From NCBI RefSeq assembly GCF_021054785.1, contig NZ_CP088239.1:210001-242000 (forward strand): DNA of 32,000 nucleotides, read 5' to 3'. The notes under the pieces were generated by a model. It was given only the letters and a program-made list of their open reading frames with translations. It did no database searches and was not told where the DNA came from. Position 1 is the stretch's first letter. Every line of letters begins with the position of its first letter. Below are positions 1-10,329 of the stretch, in pieces. Origin of the DNA: Tannockella kyphosi. GTDB lineage: Bacteria; Bacillota_I; Bacilli_A; Erysipelotrichales; Coprobacillaceae. Both the position numbers and the translations under genes were made by a program.

Positions 1-255
1 GGAGCATTACAGGTTATGAAGAAAAGACCAGATGCACTTACTATCTTTTTAGTACCACCTTCAATGGAAGAATTAGAAAGAAGAATTCGTGGTAGACGTA
101 CGGAAGAAGATACAATTGTCCAAGAACGTTTAGGAAAAGCACGTGCTGAAATAGCAACAAAAGATCAATATAAACATGTTGTAGTAAACGATAATGTTTT
201 CAAAGCAAAAAATAGTATTGCACTCATTATAAAAGAACATCAAGAGCACGCCTAA
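1..255 (+). CDS. gmk: guanylate kinase, 3' fragment (5' end upstream of window)
   Basis: The frame is open from base 1. The C-terminal sequence ...TIFLVPPSMEELERRIRGRRTEEDTIVQERLGKARAEI... is typical of the guanylate kinase lid/C-terminus. Its position upstream of priA matches Bacillus. Confidence 0.85.
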   Translation, partial: GALQVMKKRPDALTIFLVPPSMEELERRIRGRRTEEDTIVQERLGKARAEIATKDQYKHVVVNDNVFKAKNSIALIIKEHQEHA

Positions 256-318
256 GTGCTCTTGTTTGTTTTATAAATAGTTTAATTGTGGTAAAATAGA
301 ACGAAAGGTGGTGGAAAC

Positions 319-2505
319 ATGTATATTATATCAGTTTTAATCGAACATCCAGTTCAATCATTAGATATGACTTTTGATTACTTATCTGATTATGTTATCG
401 GGTTACATCATCGTGTTTCTATTATGTTTCATCATCAAAAGATTATTGGTTATGTGATGGATGTCCAGTATACAAATAAAACAAGAGAAGAACTAGAACT
501 TGAAAATGGTTTTCATTATCAAATGATTTTAGATGTATTAGATGATATGCCAGTGCTAAATGAAGAACTACGTAGTTTATCTATTACCTTATCAAAACTA
601 TCATTAGCCACTAGAATGGCATGTATTCAGGCGATGTTACCAAGTCAATTAAAACCTAAAAAAGGGAAACATACTGGAATTCAATATGAACGTATTGTTA
701 TTGGAAATCTAGGTTTTGCTTTAAAAACAACAAAACAACAAGAAGCATATCAATATATCCTAGATCATCCAAGTAGTCTAATAAAAAATATTCCGTATAG
801 TAAAGCATTATTAGATAATATGGTAAAACAAGGAGCTATTGAATATCATCAAATAGAAAAATATCGCATACCACAAAATACAGCATTTATAAAAAAAGTT
901 CATACTTTGTCTAAAGAACAACAGTATATTGTAGAAGATATAAGTAAAAAAGATACTTATGGTGTTAATCTTTTACATGGAGTAACAGGTGCTGGTAAGA
1001 GTGAAGTATATGTTCAAATAGCTAAAAATATTGTAAAAAAAGGAAAAACAGTGATTGTATTAGTGCCAGAAATAGCACTAACACCGATGATGATTGCTTT
1101 ATTTAAGAGTCATTTTGATCAAAATGTTGCAATATTACACTCTAAATTATCTAGTGGAGAAAGGTATGATGAATATCGTCGTATTCAAAACAAAGAAGTA
1201 TCGATTGTAGTAGGGGCTAGAAGTGCTATTTTTGCTCCTTTAGAAAATATTGGACTTATTGTAATGGATGAAGAGCATGATAGCAGTTATAAACAAACAA
1301 CGACTCCTCGTTATCACTGTTTAGAAATAGCAAAAATACGTGCCAAGACACATCAATGTCCTATCTTACTAGCAAGTGCCACACCATCCTTAGAATCTTA
1401 TTATCGAGCATTGGAAGGATTTTATGATTTATACACATTAGAAAACAGAATCAACCAACAACCTCTACCACCAATAGAATTTGTTTCCATGGAAAAAGAA
1501 ATGCGAGATGGCAATTATAGTTTACTATCTAGAAAATTAGTTAACCAATTACAAGCTTGCATTGATTCAGGGAATCAAGCAATCTTATTATTAAACCAGA
1601 GAGGTTACGCAAATCATATTCGTTGCTTAGATTGCAATACAGTTGTAAAGTGTCCACATTGTGATATTAGCTTAACCTATCATCACGATACCAAACAATT
1701 ACATTGTCATTATTGTGACTATCGTCAACCTTATACAAACACTTGTCCAACTTGTCAATCTAGCAATATGAAGTTAGTTGGAACGGGAACTCAAAAAATG
1801 GAAGAAATACTAGCACAAGAATTAGAAAATGCAACAATTATTCGTTATGACTATGATTCTACAAGAAACAAACAAGGACATCAAAAATTATTAGATCGAT
1901 TTAAAAACAAAGAAGCAAATATTTTATTAGGGACACAAATGATTGCCAAAGGATTAGATTTTCCAGATGTAACACTAGTAGGTGTTATTAATGCGGATAT
2001 TAGTTTGCATATTCCTGATTTTCGTAGCAATGAAAGAACATTCCAATTACTATCACAAGTTGCTGGACGAACTGGAAGAGCAGATAAACCAGGAACAGTA
2101 ACGATTCAAACCTATAACGAAAAACATCCTGTCTTAGTGAATGTAAAAAATCATAATTATATTCGATTTTATCAAGAAGAAATGAAGTATCGTAAACTAG
2201 CAATGTATCCACCATATCGTTATTTACTAAGTATTCTAATTGAAGGAAAACAAGAAGAACAAGTAGAATTATATGGTCAATATATAAAAAAATACTTAGT
2301 AAAAGAATTACCAAATCAAGTTATTTTAGGTCCTACTAGTGGGACTATCTCAAAGATAAATAATTATTATCGTCGTCGTATTCTTATTAAATATCGTTCT
2401 TTAAAAGAAATATATGAAGTGATTCGTACTATGCATCGATATTATAATAAAAAAGAAACAAAGATTCGTGTTATATGTGACTTTGATCCATATAATCAAT
2501 TATAA
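319..2505 (+). CDS. priA: primosomal protein N' (replication restart helicase PriA)
   Basis: Carries Walker A GVTGAGKSEVY, a DEEH box (VMDEEHD) and the Cys-rich zinc insert CLDCNTVVKCPHCDISLTYH..LHCHYCDY..CPTC. Length is 728 aa. Confidence 0.95.
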   Translation: MYIISVLIEHPVQSLDMTFDYLSDYVIGLHHRVSIMFHHQKIIGYVMDVQYTNKTREELELENGFHYQMILDVLDDMPVLNEELRSLSITLSKLSLATRMACIQAMLPSQLKPKKGKHTGIQYERIVIGNLGFALKTTKQQEAYQYILDHPSSLIKNIPYSKALLDNMVKQGAIEYHQIEKYRIPQNTAFIKKVHTLSKEQQYIVEDISKKDTYGVNLLHGVTGAGKSEVYVQIAKNIVKKGKTVIVLVPEIALTPMMIALFKSHFDQNVAILHSKLSSGERYDEYRRIQNKEVSIVVGARSAIFAPLENIGLIVMDEEHDSSYKQTTTPRYHCLEIAKIRAKTHQCPILLASATPSLESYYRALEGFYDLYTLENRINQQPLPPIEFVSMEKEMRDGNYSLLSRKLVNQLQACIDSGNQAILLLNQRGYANHIRCLDCNTVVKCPHCDISLTYHHDTKQLHCHYCDYRQPYTNTCPTCQSSNMKLVGTGTQKMEEILAQELENATIIRYDYDSTRNKQGHQKLLDRFKNKEANILLGTQMIAKGLDFPDVTLVGVINADISLHIPDFRSNERTFQLLSQVAGRTGRADKPGTVTIQTYNEKHPVLVNVKNHNYIRFYQEEMKYRKLAMYPPYRYLLSILIEGKQEEQVELYGQYIKKYLVKELPNQVILGPTSGTISKINNYYRRRILIKYRSLKEIYEVIRTMHRYYNKKETKIRVICDFDPYNQL

Positions 2506-2516
2506 AAGGAGAACCT

Positions 2517-3767
2517 ATGGCTAGAAAATTAGCGTTAGAAATATTATTAAAATATCAAAATGAACAAAGTTATATTAACATCACTTTAAATCATGCTCTT
2601 ATCAATAGTGAATTATCAAGAAAAGACAAAGATTTAGTAACCCAAATAGTATATGGAACAGTTCAAAATAAACTATATCTAGAATACTTATTAGCCCCTG
2701 CTATTGAGGGTAAAAAAGTACATCGTGACACAAAAATGATCTTATTAATGACACTTTACCAATATTACTTCCTAGATAAAATACCAACCTATGCATTATG
2801 CAATGAAGCAGTATCACTAGCAAGCAGGAAAGAAAGAAATCAAGGTCGCTTTGTAAATGCAATATTACACCAAATCATTGATAACCCCAAACGTACGTTA
2901 GATGGTTTAGATGATGATCAAAGACTAAGTATTGAAACTAGTCATCCATTATGGATGGTAAAGATGTTTTCTAAACAATATGGTCAAGATATTACAACCA
3001 AAATATGTCAACATAACAATGCTACACCAAATCGGATAGCTAGAGTAAATACGTTAAAAACAAAGAAAGAAAGCTTATTAGAAAACCCAATATATCAAAC
3101 ATGTGCATTATCAACAGATGCTATTAGCTATCGTTCAGGAAATATTGCCAGTACTCCAGAATATTTAGAAGGACTTGTTACAATTCAAGATGAATCAAGT
3201 CAGCTAGTAGCACCATTCTTAAACCCTCAAAAAGAGGAACGTATTTTAGACATGTGTTGTGCTCCAGGGAGCAAAACTACGCATTTAAGTGCATTGATGG
3301 AAAATACTGGAGAAATAGTAGCATGTGATTTATTTGAACATAAAATGGAACTCGTACAAAAGAATGCAAACCGTTTAGGAGCTACTAATATTACATTTAA
3401 AGTAGTAGATTCTACTACTTTATCTACACTTTATCAAGAGGCATCTTTTGATCGTATTTTATTAGATGCACCTTGTAGTGGTTTAGGTGTTTTAATGAGA
3501 AAACCAGAAATTAAGTATCATGATTCAAGTGCCTTGGATTCAATTGTACTTATACAAGAAAAATTATTAGAAAATGCTTATGTTTTATTAAAAAATGGTG
3601 GTAAAATGGTTTATAGTACATGTACTATAAATAAAAAAGAAAATCAAAAAATGATAGAACAATTTATTAAAAAGCATCCAGATATGATCGTATTAGAAGA
3701 AAGACAAATATTGCCCTATGAATACAATAGTGATGGATTCTATATGGTAAAACTAAAAAAGGAATAA
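2517..3767 (+). CDS. rsmB: 16S rRNA (cytosine967-C5)-methyltransferase RsmB/Sun
   Basis: Has a NusB-like N-terminus plus SAM-MTase motifs DMCCAPGSKT and LLDAPCSGLG, and the catalytic YSTCT. An SD (AAGGAGA) lies upstream. Confidence 0.9.
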   Translation: MARKLALEILLKYQNEQSYINITLNHALINSELSRKDKDLVTQIVYGTVQNKLYLEYLLAPAIEGKKVHRDTKMILLMTLYQYYFLDKIPTYALCNEAVSLASRKERNQGRFVNAILHQIIDNPKRTLDGLDDDQRLSIETSHPLWMVKMFSKQYGQDITTKICQHNNATPNRIARVNTLKTKKESLLENPIYQTCALSTDAISYRSGNIASTPEYLEGLVTIQDESSQLVAPFLNPQKEERILDMCCAPGSKTTHLSALMENTGEIVACDLFEHKMELVQKNANRLGATNITFKVVDSTTLSTLYQEASFDRILLDAPCSGLGVLMRKPEIKYHDSSALDSIVLIQEKLLENAYVLLKNGGKMVYSTCTINKKENQKMIEQFIKKHPDMIVLEERQILPYEYNSDGFYMVKLKKE

Positions 3768-3771
3768 ATGA

Positions 3772-4800
3772 ATGAAAACATTATATAATTATACATTAGA
3801 AAATATGACGGAACTGTTTTTAACAATGAAACAAAAACCATTTCGTGCAAAACAAGTATTTACATGGTTGTATCAAAAAGAAGTAAGTTCTTTAGAACAA
3901 ATGACAGATTTATCAAAAGATTTCCGTCAACAATTACAAAATGATTTTACTATTGATCAACTTACTATCGCAGAAAAACAAGTATCCAAAGATGGTACCA
4001 TTAAATACTTATTTGAATTAGCGGATGGGCATTTAATAGAGAGTGTTTTAATGGTTCATGATTATGGTCGTTCTTTGTGTGTGACTAGCCAAGTTGGTTG
4101 TAATATGAAATGTGATTTTTGTGCAAGTGGACTATTAAGGAAACAAAGAAACTTAACTGCTGGTGAAATGGTGAATCAGGTAATGAAGGTGCAATTAGAT
4201 ACAGCAGAGCGTATTAGTCATGTTGTTGTCATGGGAACAGGGGAACCTTTTGATAATTATGATCATGTGATGGAGTTTGTACGTATTATCAATCATCCTC
4301 ATGGATTAGCGATAGGAGCTCGTCATATTACGATTTCTACATGTGGATTAGTAGATAAAATAGAGCAGTATGCTTTAGAAGGGTTACAAACAAATTTAGC
4401 TATTTCTTTGCATGCACCAAATGATGAAATAAGAGAGAAATTAATGCCTATAAATAAGAAATATCCAATGGATGTTTTAAGACAAGGGATTGCTACTTAT
4501 ATTCAAAAAACAAATCGTCGTATTACTTTTGAATATATCATGTTAAAAGATATGAATGACAGTATTGTATGTGCTAGACAACTAGCACATTATGTAAAAG
4601 GATTAAATGCTTATGTTAATTTAATTCCATATAATGCAGTAGATGAACATGGGTATTTACCAAGTGATGATGAAGTAGTAGAAAAGTTCAAAACTGAGTT
4701 ATTACGATTTGGTATTAATGTAACAAAACGTAAAGAACATGGTAGAGATATAGATGGAGCATGTGGTCAATTAAGAGCAAAACGAAATGAGGGGATGTAA
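3772..4800 (+). CDS. rlmN: 23S rRNA/tRNA (adenine-C2)-methyltransferase RlmN (radical SAM)
   Basis: Contains the CxxxCxxC cluster GCNMKCDFCASG, plus GTGEPFDN, SLHAPND and the C-terminal DGACGQL. Confidence 0.93.
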   Translation: MKTLYNYTLENMTELFLTMKQKPFRAKQVFTWLYQKEVSSLEQMTDLSKDFRQQLQNDFTIDQLTIAEKQVSKDGTIKYLFELADGHLIESVLMVHDYGRSLCVTSQVGCNMKCDFCASGLLRKQRNLTAGEMVNQVMKVQLDTAERISHVVVMGTGEPFDNYDHVMEFVRIINHPHGLAIGARHITISTCGLVDKIEQYALEGLQTNLAISLHAPNDEIREKLMPINKKYPMDVLRQGIATYIQKTNRRITFEYIMLKDMNDSIVCARQLAHYVKGLNAYVNLIPYNAVDEHGYLPSDDEVVEKFKTELLRFGINVTKRKEHGRDIDGACGQLRAKRNEGM

Positions 4801-5537
4801 TGGAGTATTTTGCAAAAAGTGATATTGGAAAAATTCGTAACAAAAATCAAGATCAAGTAGCTGTCAATGTCAATGGGGCTGATCAACTCCTAGCAATTGT
4901 TTGTGATGGAATGGGTGGTCATAAAGCAGGAGAGGTAGCATCTCGTGCAATGATTAACTACATGACAGGATGTTTTCAAGGACACCCTGGATTTGAAAAT
5001 GGCAAAGAAATCCAAAAATGGATGGAAGAGACAATTCAAAATGGTCATACATTTGTTAAGAAATTAGCCAGTACAACAGAAGAACAAGAAGGTATGGGAA
5101 CAACGATTGTAGCCGCAATGTGTTGTGAGAATACAATCTATTTAGCACATGTTGGAGACAGCAGAGCTTATTATTATCAAGAAGAGTTATTGTTATTAAC
5201 GAAGGATCATACATTATTAAATTTATTATTAGATCAAGGGAGTATTACACCAGAACAAGCAGAAGATTTTGAACAAAAAAATGTATTAACACAAGCAATT
5301 GGAGCAACTCAAGGTATAGAGATTGCACAGCAAGTAATGGAAGTAGAAAATGGATATTTGTTATTATGTTCTGATGGTTTATTTAATATGGTATCCAAAG
5401 AAGAAATAAAAGGAACTATTCAACAAAATAATTTAATCGAAGATATTGGAAATATACTTATTGATAAGGCAAATGATTATGGGGGCCGTGATAATATTTC
5501 AGTTGTATTAGTTAAACTAACAGGAGGGATAGAGTAA
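4800..5537 (+). CDS. prpC: PP2C-family Ser/Thr protein phosphatase (Stp/PrpC)
   Basis: Shows PP2C motifs VCDGMGGH, GMGTT, LLCSDGL and GGRDNISVV. The start overlaps the rlmN stop (ATGTAATGG). Confidence 0.92.
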   Translation: MEYFAKSDIGKIRNKNQDQVAVNVNGADQLLAIVCDGMGGHKAGEVASRAMINYMTGCFQGHPGFENGKEIQKWMEETIQNGHTFVKKLASTTEEQEGMGTTIVAAMCCENTIYLAHVGDSRAYYYQEELLLLTKDHTLLNLLLDQGSITPEQAEDFEQKNVLTQAIGATQGIEIAQQVMEVENGYLLLCSDGLFNMVSKEEIKGTIQQNNLIEDIGNILIDKANDYGGRDNISVVLVKLTGGIE

Positions 5538-7465
5538 TGAAAAAGATATATTCAGATCGTTATGAAATAATTGAATTAATAGGTCAAGGTGGAATGGCAG
5601 ATGTTTATTTAGCAAAAGATCTTATTTTAAATAGAGTGATTGCTTTAAAAACATTAAGAACTTCGCTTGCAAAGGATCCACTTTATGTTACTCGTTTTCA
5701 AAGAGAAGCAAATGCTGCAGCATCTTTAAATCATAAAAATATAGTAGCAATTTATGATGTTGGACAAGATGGGGATGATTATTATATTGTAATGGAATAT
5801 GTTCCAGGAGTTACTTTAAAAGAGTTAATTAACCGACGTGGAGCTTTGCATGTCGTAGAAGCAATGGATATCATGAAACAAATTGCAAGTGGGGTTGCAA
5901 AAGCACACCAATTAGGAATTATTCATCGTGATTTAAAACCACAAAATGTATTAGTAACAGAAAGTGGTGTTGCTAAAATAGCAGACTTTGGTATTGCATC
6001 GATGCAAAACTTAGCACAAGTTACACAAAATGATGTCATTATGGGATCATTACATTACTTGGCACCGGAATTAGCTCGTGGAGAAAAAGCAACTGCACAA
6101 AGTGATATTTATGGATTAGGAATTGTTTTATACGAATTATTACGTGGGGAAGTTCCTTTTCATGGGGAATCACCTGTTAATATCGCACTAAAACATATGC
6201 AAGAAGAGACACCTTCTATCCGTGATTTTAATCCTACTATTTTACAATCAGTAGAAAATTGTATTTTAAAAGCTACTGCTAAAAACAGTAAAGATCGTTA
6301 TCATAATGCAATGGAGTTTTATGAAGATTTACTTACTTGTTTGGATCGTGAAAATGAAGAGAAAATTGTCTTTGCCTATGATCCAAATACTGATCCAACC
6401 ATTGTAGTGCAAACAAAACGAAGCACAACACAAGAAATTCCTGTTACACCTAAAGAAGAGGAAAAAAAGTCTTTTATAGATAAAATAAAAGCATTGCCTC
6501 CTATTAAGAAATTTGGTCTTTTATTAATACCAATAGCTCTAGTAACTGGAATTGTCATGTTCTTCTTATTTGGTGGAGAATCTACGAAAGTATATTCGAT
6601 GCCAGATGTTAGTGGAATGACGATAGAAGAAGCTAGTGCTTTATTAGAAGATAATTATGGCTTAGTAATTGATGAAGAGTATGTGGACCAATTATCTAAT
6701 GATTATGATGCAGGATTAGTTATTTCAACAGATCCAGCAGCAACGAAATCAGTGAAACAAGGAGAAACGGTTGTCTTTACTGTAAGTAAAGGAGCTTATT
6801 TAGTAATGAGTTCTTATATTGGAAAAGATAGTGATACGGCAGTCGAAGAATTAGAAACTTTAGGTTTTGAAGTATCAATTGTTTTAGTAGATGAATCTGG
6901 GACACCAGGAACTATTTATAGTCAAAGTATTGAAGCAGGTCAAGAAGTAGAATTAGGAGAAGAAGCTATTGAAATAGAGTTATCAGTGATTAAACCTGAA
7001 GAAATTACAGTTGGTGATTATACAGGGATGACTTTTGAAAAAGCAGAATCTGTTTTGATTGATTTAGGTTTTATTGTAAATTATGAAGAAGCTACTTCTG
7101 ATGAGTTAATTGGAGTAGTAGTAGAACAAGATATTGCGAGTGATACTGTCATTGAAATAAATGATGATACTGTTTTAGAAATAACATTAACTGTTTCGAT
7201 TGGTTTAGAAATAGAAGTACCAAATGTAGTAGGATTATCTTATGAAGCTGCACTAGTGAAATTAGAAAGTGAGGGCTTTGTAGTCAAGGAAATAGATTTG
7301 GGTGCAACTAGTAATAGTGAAGATGTATTAAAGATCCAATCACAAACACCAGATGCATTTAGTATTGTTACAAGTGAAGGAACAACAGTTACTATTTCAT
7401 ATTACAGTTCAATAACAGAAACTGAAAGTGATTTAGATGTGGAAGACACAACAGAACAGGAGTAA
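5537..7465 (+). CDS. prkC: Ser/Thr protein kinase with four extracellular PASTA-like repeats (PrkC/Stk)
   Basis: Kinase motifs GQGGMADVY, HRDLKPQN, DFG and APE are present. There is one TM segment (LLLIPIALVTGIVMFFLF). Four ~65-70-aa PASTA-like repeats and an acidic tail follow. Confidence 0.93.
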   Translation: MKKIYSDRYEIIELIGQGGMADVYLAKDLILNRVIALKTLRTSLAKDPLYVTRFQREANAAASLNHKNIVAIYDVGQDGDDYYIVMEYVPGVTLKELINRRGALHVVEAMDIMKQIASGVAKAHQLGIIHRDLKPQNVLVTESGVAKIADFGIASMQNLAQVTQNDVIMGSLHYLAPELARGEKATAQSDIYGLGIVLYELLRGEVPFHGESPVNIALKHMQEETPSIRDFNPTILQSVENCILKATAKNSKDRYHNAMEFYEDLLTCLDRENEEKIVFAYDPNTDPTIVVQTKRSTTQEIPVTPKEEEKKSFIDKIKALPPIKKFGLLLIPIALVTGIVMFFLFGGESTKVYSMPDVSGMTIEEASALLEDNYGLVIDEEYVDQLSNDYDAGLVISTDPAATKSVKQGETVVFTVSKGAYLVMSSYIGKDSDTAVEELETLGFEVSIVLVDESGTPGTIYSQSIEAGQEVELGEEAIEIELSVIKPEEITVGDYTGMTFEKAESVLIDLGFIVNYEEATSDELIGVVVEQDIASDTVIEINDDTVLEITLTVSIGLEIEVPNVVGLSYEAALVKLESEGFVVKEIDLGATSNSEDVLKIQSQTPDAFSIVTSEGTTVTISYYSSITETESDLDVEDTTEQE

Positions 7466-7467
7466 AA

Positions 7468-8343
7468 ATGCCTAAAGGACAAATTATAAAAGTATTAGCT
7501 GGATTTTATTATGTAAAAGACCAAAATCAAATCATTCAATGTCGTGCCAGAGGTAGATTTCGTAATGACGAAATCAAACCTCTAGCAGGAGATTATTGTG
7601 AATATGAGTTACGTGAAAATAATGATGGATATTTAATGGAATTATTACCAAGAACAAATAGTTTAATAAGACCACCAATATGTAATATTGATCAAGCATT
7701 ACTTGTTTTTTCACGCAAAGATCCTGATTTTTCAACGTTATTATTAGATAAGTTTTTACTTATTTATGAACATCTACAAATAGAGCCAATTATATGTATT
7801 TCTAAAATGGATATAGAGAGTGATGATCATATTGAACAATATATTCAAGAATATCGTCAAGCTGGTTATACTGTAATCCCTATTTCAAGTAAGAAAAAGG
7901 AAGGGATAGAACAAATAAAAGATGTTTTTAAGGATAAGATATCGGTTATTACAGGACAAAGTGGAGTTGGTAAATCGAGTCTTATTAATGCTTTGGATGT
8001 GAAATTAAATTTAGAAACAAATGAAATATCAAAAGCATTAGGAAGAGGAAAACATACTACGAGACATGTGGAATTAATTGAGATGTTTAGTGGTTATGTA
8101 GCTGATACGCCAGGTTTTTCTTCTTTAGAAATAGATATGGAATTAGTAGAAGCAGCAAAAGCTTATCGTGATTTTCATAAACTAAGTGAAGGTTGTAAAT
8201 TCCGTGGTTGTTTACATGTTAGTGAACCTGATTGTAAAGTTAAACAGGCGGTAGAAGATGGGATTATATCAAAGGAAAGATATGATCATTATTTACAATA
8301 TATACAATTAATTAAAAAAAATAAGGAGAGACAATATGGTTAA
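7468..8343 (+). CDS. rsgA: ribosome small-subunit-dependent GTPase A
   Basis: Shows circularly permuted GTPase motifs (SKMD, then GQSGVGKSSL, then DTPGF) and the C-terminal zinc motif CKFRGCLHVSEPDC. Confidence 0.93.
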   Translation: MPKGQIIKVLAGFYYVKDQNQIIQCRARGRFRNDEIKPLAGDYCEYELRENNDGYLMELLPRTNSLIRPPICNIDQALLVFSRKDPDFSTLLLDKFLLIYEHLQIEPIICISKMDIESDDHIEQYIQEYRQAGYTVIPISSKKKEGIEQIKDVFKDKISVITGQSGVGKSSLINALDVKLNLETNEISKALGRGKHTTRHVELIEMFSGYVADTPGFSSLEIDMELVEAAKAYRDFHKLSEGCKFRGCLHVSEPDCKVKQAVEDGIISKERYDHYLQYIQLIKKNKERQYG

Positions 8344-8989
8344 AGTTGCCCCTTCGCTATTAGCGGCGAATTTTATGGATTTAAAAAATGAAGTGAAGAG
8401 AATTGAAGAAGGTGGAGCATCATGGATTCATTATGATGTAATGGATGGTCATTTTGTACCAAATATTTCTTTTGGATATAGTATTTTAAAAGATATATCG
8501 AAATGTACCAATATGTATTTAGATGTCCATTTAATGATTAGTGATCCTAAAAAATATTATCCTGAGTTCGTGAAAGCAGGAGCCAATTTAATTGTTTTTC
8601 ATATAGAAGCAGTAGAATCTATTGCACAAGCCAAAGAATTATTATTAGAAATAAAACAACAAGGTGTTGATGTTGGAATTTCTATTAAACCACAAACACC
8701 AGTTAGTACCATAGAAACATTATTAGAAATAGTAGATGTTGTTTTAGTAATGTCGGTAGAACCTGGCTTTGGAGGACAAGTGTTCCATCATGAAGCATTA
8801 GATAAAATAGCAGAACTTGCAAACTTACGAGAAAAGCATTGCTATCATTATTTAATTGAAGTAGATGGTGGTATTAATGAAGAAACTGGAAAGTTATGTA
8901 TTGAAAAGAAAGTAGATGTATTAGTGGCAGGTAGTTATATTTTCCAAAGCGATGATTATCAAACAAAGATAGAAGCGTTATGCATATAG
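8336..8989 (+). CDS. rpe: ribulose-phosphate 3-epimerase
   Basis: Motifs APSLLAANF, HYDVMDGHFVPN, DVHLM, MSVEPGFGGQ and EVDGGIN are present. It overlaps rsgA by 8 nt. Confidence 0.93.
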   Translation: MVKVAPSLLAANFMDLKNEVKRIEEGGASWIHYDVMDGHFVPNISFGYSILKDISKCTNMYLDVHLMISDPKKYYPEFVKAGANLIVFHIEAVESIAQAKELLLEIKQQGVDVGISIKPQTPVSTIETLLEIVDVVLVMSVEPGFGGQVFHHEALDKIAELANLREKHCYHYLIEVDGGINEETGKLCIEKKVDVLVAGSYIFQSDDYQTKIEALCI

Positions 8990-9582
8990 GAATTTGTGGT
9001 GCTAGTTATGATGGTGTTATCTTTGATAACACCATTGACTATATTGGAGTAGATGGTGGTGTTCAATGCTTGTTAGAGCATGGGATTACACCGGTTGTTG
9101 CAATTGGTGATTTTGATTCTTTGGAAAAGAAAGAAATGTTATCTAATATCAAAGCGATATCACTAAATCCAGTCAAAGATTGTAGTGATAGTCATTATGC
9201 AATAGAATACGCTATTCAAAAGGGATATCAACGTATTTCTTTATATGGAGTAACAGGACATAGATTGGACCATTATATGGCAATCATTGCCCTAGTACAA
9301 CGTTATCCTAGTAAGGATATTCATATTATTGATTTATGGAATGATATTACTATTTTAAATAGTGGAATACATCGTTTTAAAACAGAATATACTTATTTTT
9401 CATTATTTGCTTTTGAAAATACACAAATCTCTATCCAAAATGCAAAATATGAACTGGTTCATTATTTACTCACAAAACAAGATCCACTTTGTTTATCAAA
9501 TGAATGTTTAGATAAAGAAGTGCTAATAGAAAATGATTGTCCTATTTTGTTGATACAATCCAATGAAAATAAGATAGGGTAA
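8980..9582 (+). CDS. thiN: thiamine pyrophosphokinase
   Basis: Carries GDFDS, KDCSDSHYA and GVTGHRLDH motifs. Its position after rpe matches B. subtilis yloS. Confidence 0.8.
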   Translation: MHIGICGASYDGVIFDNTIDYIGVDGGVQCLLEHGITPVVAIGDFDSLEKKEMLSNIKAISLNPVKDCSDSHYAIEYAIQKGYQRISLYGVTGHRLDHYMAIIALVQRYPSKDIHIIDLWNDITILNSGIHRFKTEYTYFSLFAFENTQISIQNAKYELVHYLLTKQDPLCLSNECLDKEVLIENDCPILLIQSNENKIG

Positions 9583-9597
9583 TAGAAAGGGGATAGT

Positions 9598-10329
9598 ATG
9601 CAAAGATATTTTATTCAAGAAAAAAAAGAGAATAACATTTATTTACAACCAGAAGATATTCATCATATAAAAAAAGTGATGAGAAACAAAGTTGGTGATT
9701 CTGTTCATTGCATTGACCCTTTTGGAAAACATTATTTATGTAGTATTCAAGATGTTGAAACTGGTTGTTTAAAGATAGACAAAGAAATAGAAGAATGGAA
9801 TGAACTAGATATTGAAGTAACACTTATTTATGCGATGCCTAAAGGTGATAAGTTTGAATTTGTATTGCAAAAAGCTACAGAATTAGGGGTTCATCGTATT
9901 GTACCATTACAATCAAGACGTTGTGTTGTTAAACTAGACAAACAAAAGTTTGAAAAGAAATTAGAAAGATATCAAAAAATAGTAAAAGAAGCAGCAGAAC
10001 AATCTTATCGTAGTATTCTACCTAAAATAGAATCAATTCAAACAATTGCTAGCTTATCTCCTTATCTTACTAACTATGCATTAGTAGCATATGAAGAAAG
10101 TGCAAAAGTAGGAGAACATCACAATTTTAAAAAAGTAATGCAAGAAATAAAAACAAAACAGTCCTTAACTATTATTGTTGGTAGTGAAGGTGGTTTTGAT
10201 GAAGATGAAATTGAAGCACTAGAGAAGATGGGCGTATTACGTTGTTCTTTAGGTAAAAGAATATTACGTAGTGAAACAGCACCATTGTATATGTTAAGTG
10301 TCATTGGATATCATAGGGAGATGGAATAA
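9598..10329 (+). CDS. rsmE: 16S rRNA (uracil1498-N3)-methyltransferase RsmE
   Basis: Opens with MQRYFI, has a PUA-like N-terminus, and carries VGSEGGF and LRSETAPLY SPOUT-knot motifs. It lies upstream of mtaB as in Bacillus yqeU-yqeV. Confidence 0.88.
   Translation: MQRYFIQEKKENNIYLQPEDIHHIKKVMRNKVGDSVHCIDPFGKHYLCSIQDVETGCLKIDKEIEEWNELDIEVTLIYAMPKGDKFEFVLQKATELGVHRIVPLQSRRCVVKLDKQKFEKKLERYQKIVKEAAEQSYRSILPKIESIQTIASLSPYLTNYALVAYEESAKVGEHHNFKKVMQEIKTKQSLTIIVGSEGGFDEDEIEALEKMGVLRCSLGKRILRSETAPLYMLSVIGYHREME

Noticed and set aside
2000-2314. Short ORFs antisense or out of frame inside long CDSs. This one, plus 6376-6558(-), 9611-9823(-), 10119-10304(-), 18956-19204(-), 19559-19747(-), 20596-20778(-), 27617-27823(-), 28049-28309(-), 28203-28412(+), 28430-28627(-), 29098-29286(+), 30855-31040(-) and 30980-31177(-).
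   Set aside because: Each lies wholly or mostly within a gene that has clear family motifs in another frame or on the other strand. They have low-complexity Leu/Ile/Phe-rich translations and no SD. Such ORFs are expected by chance in AT-rich DNA.
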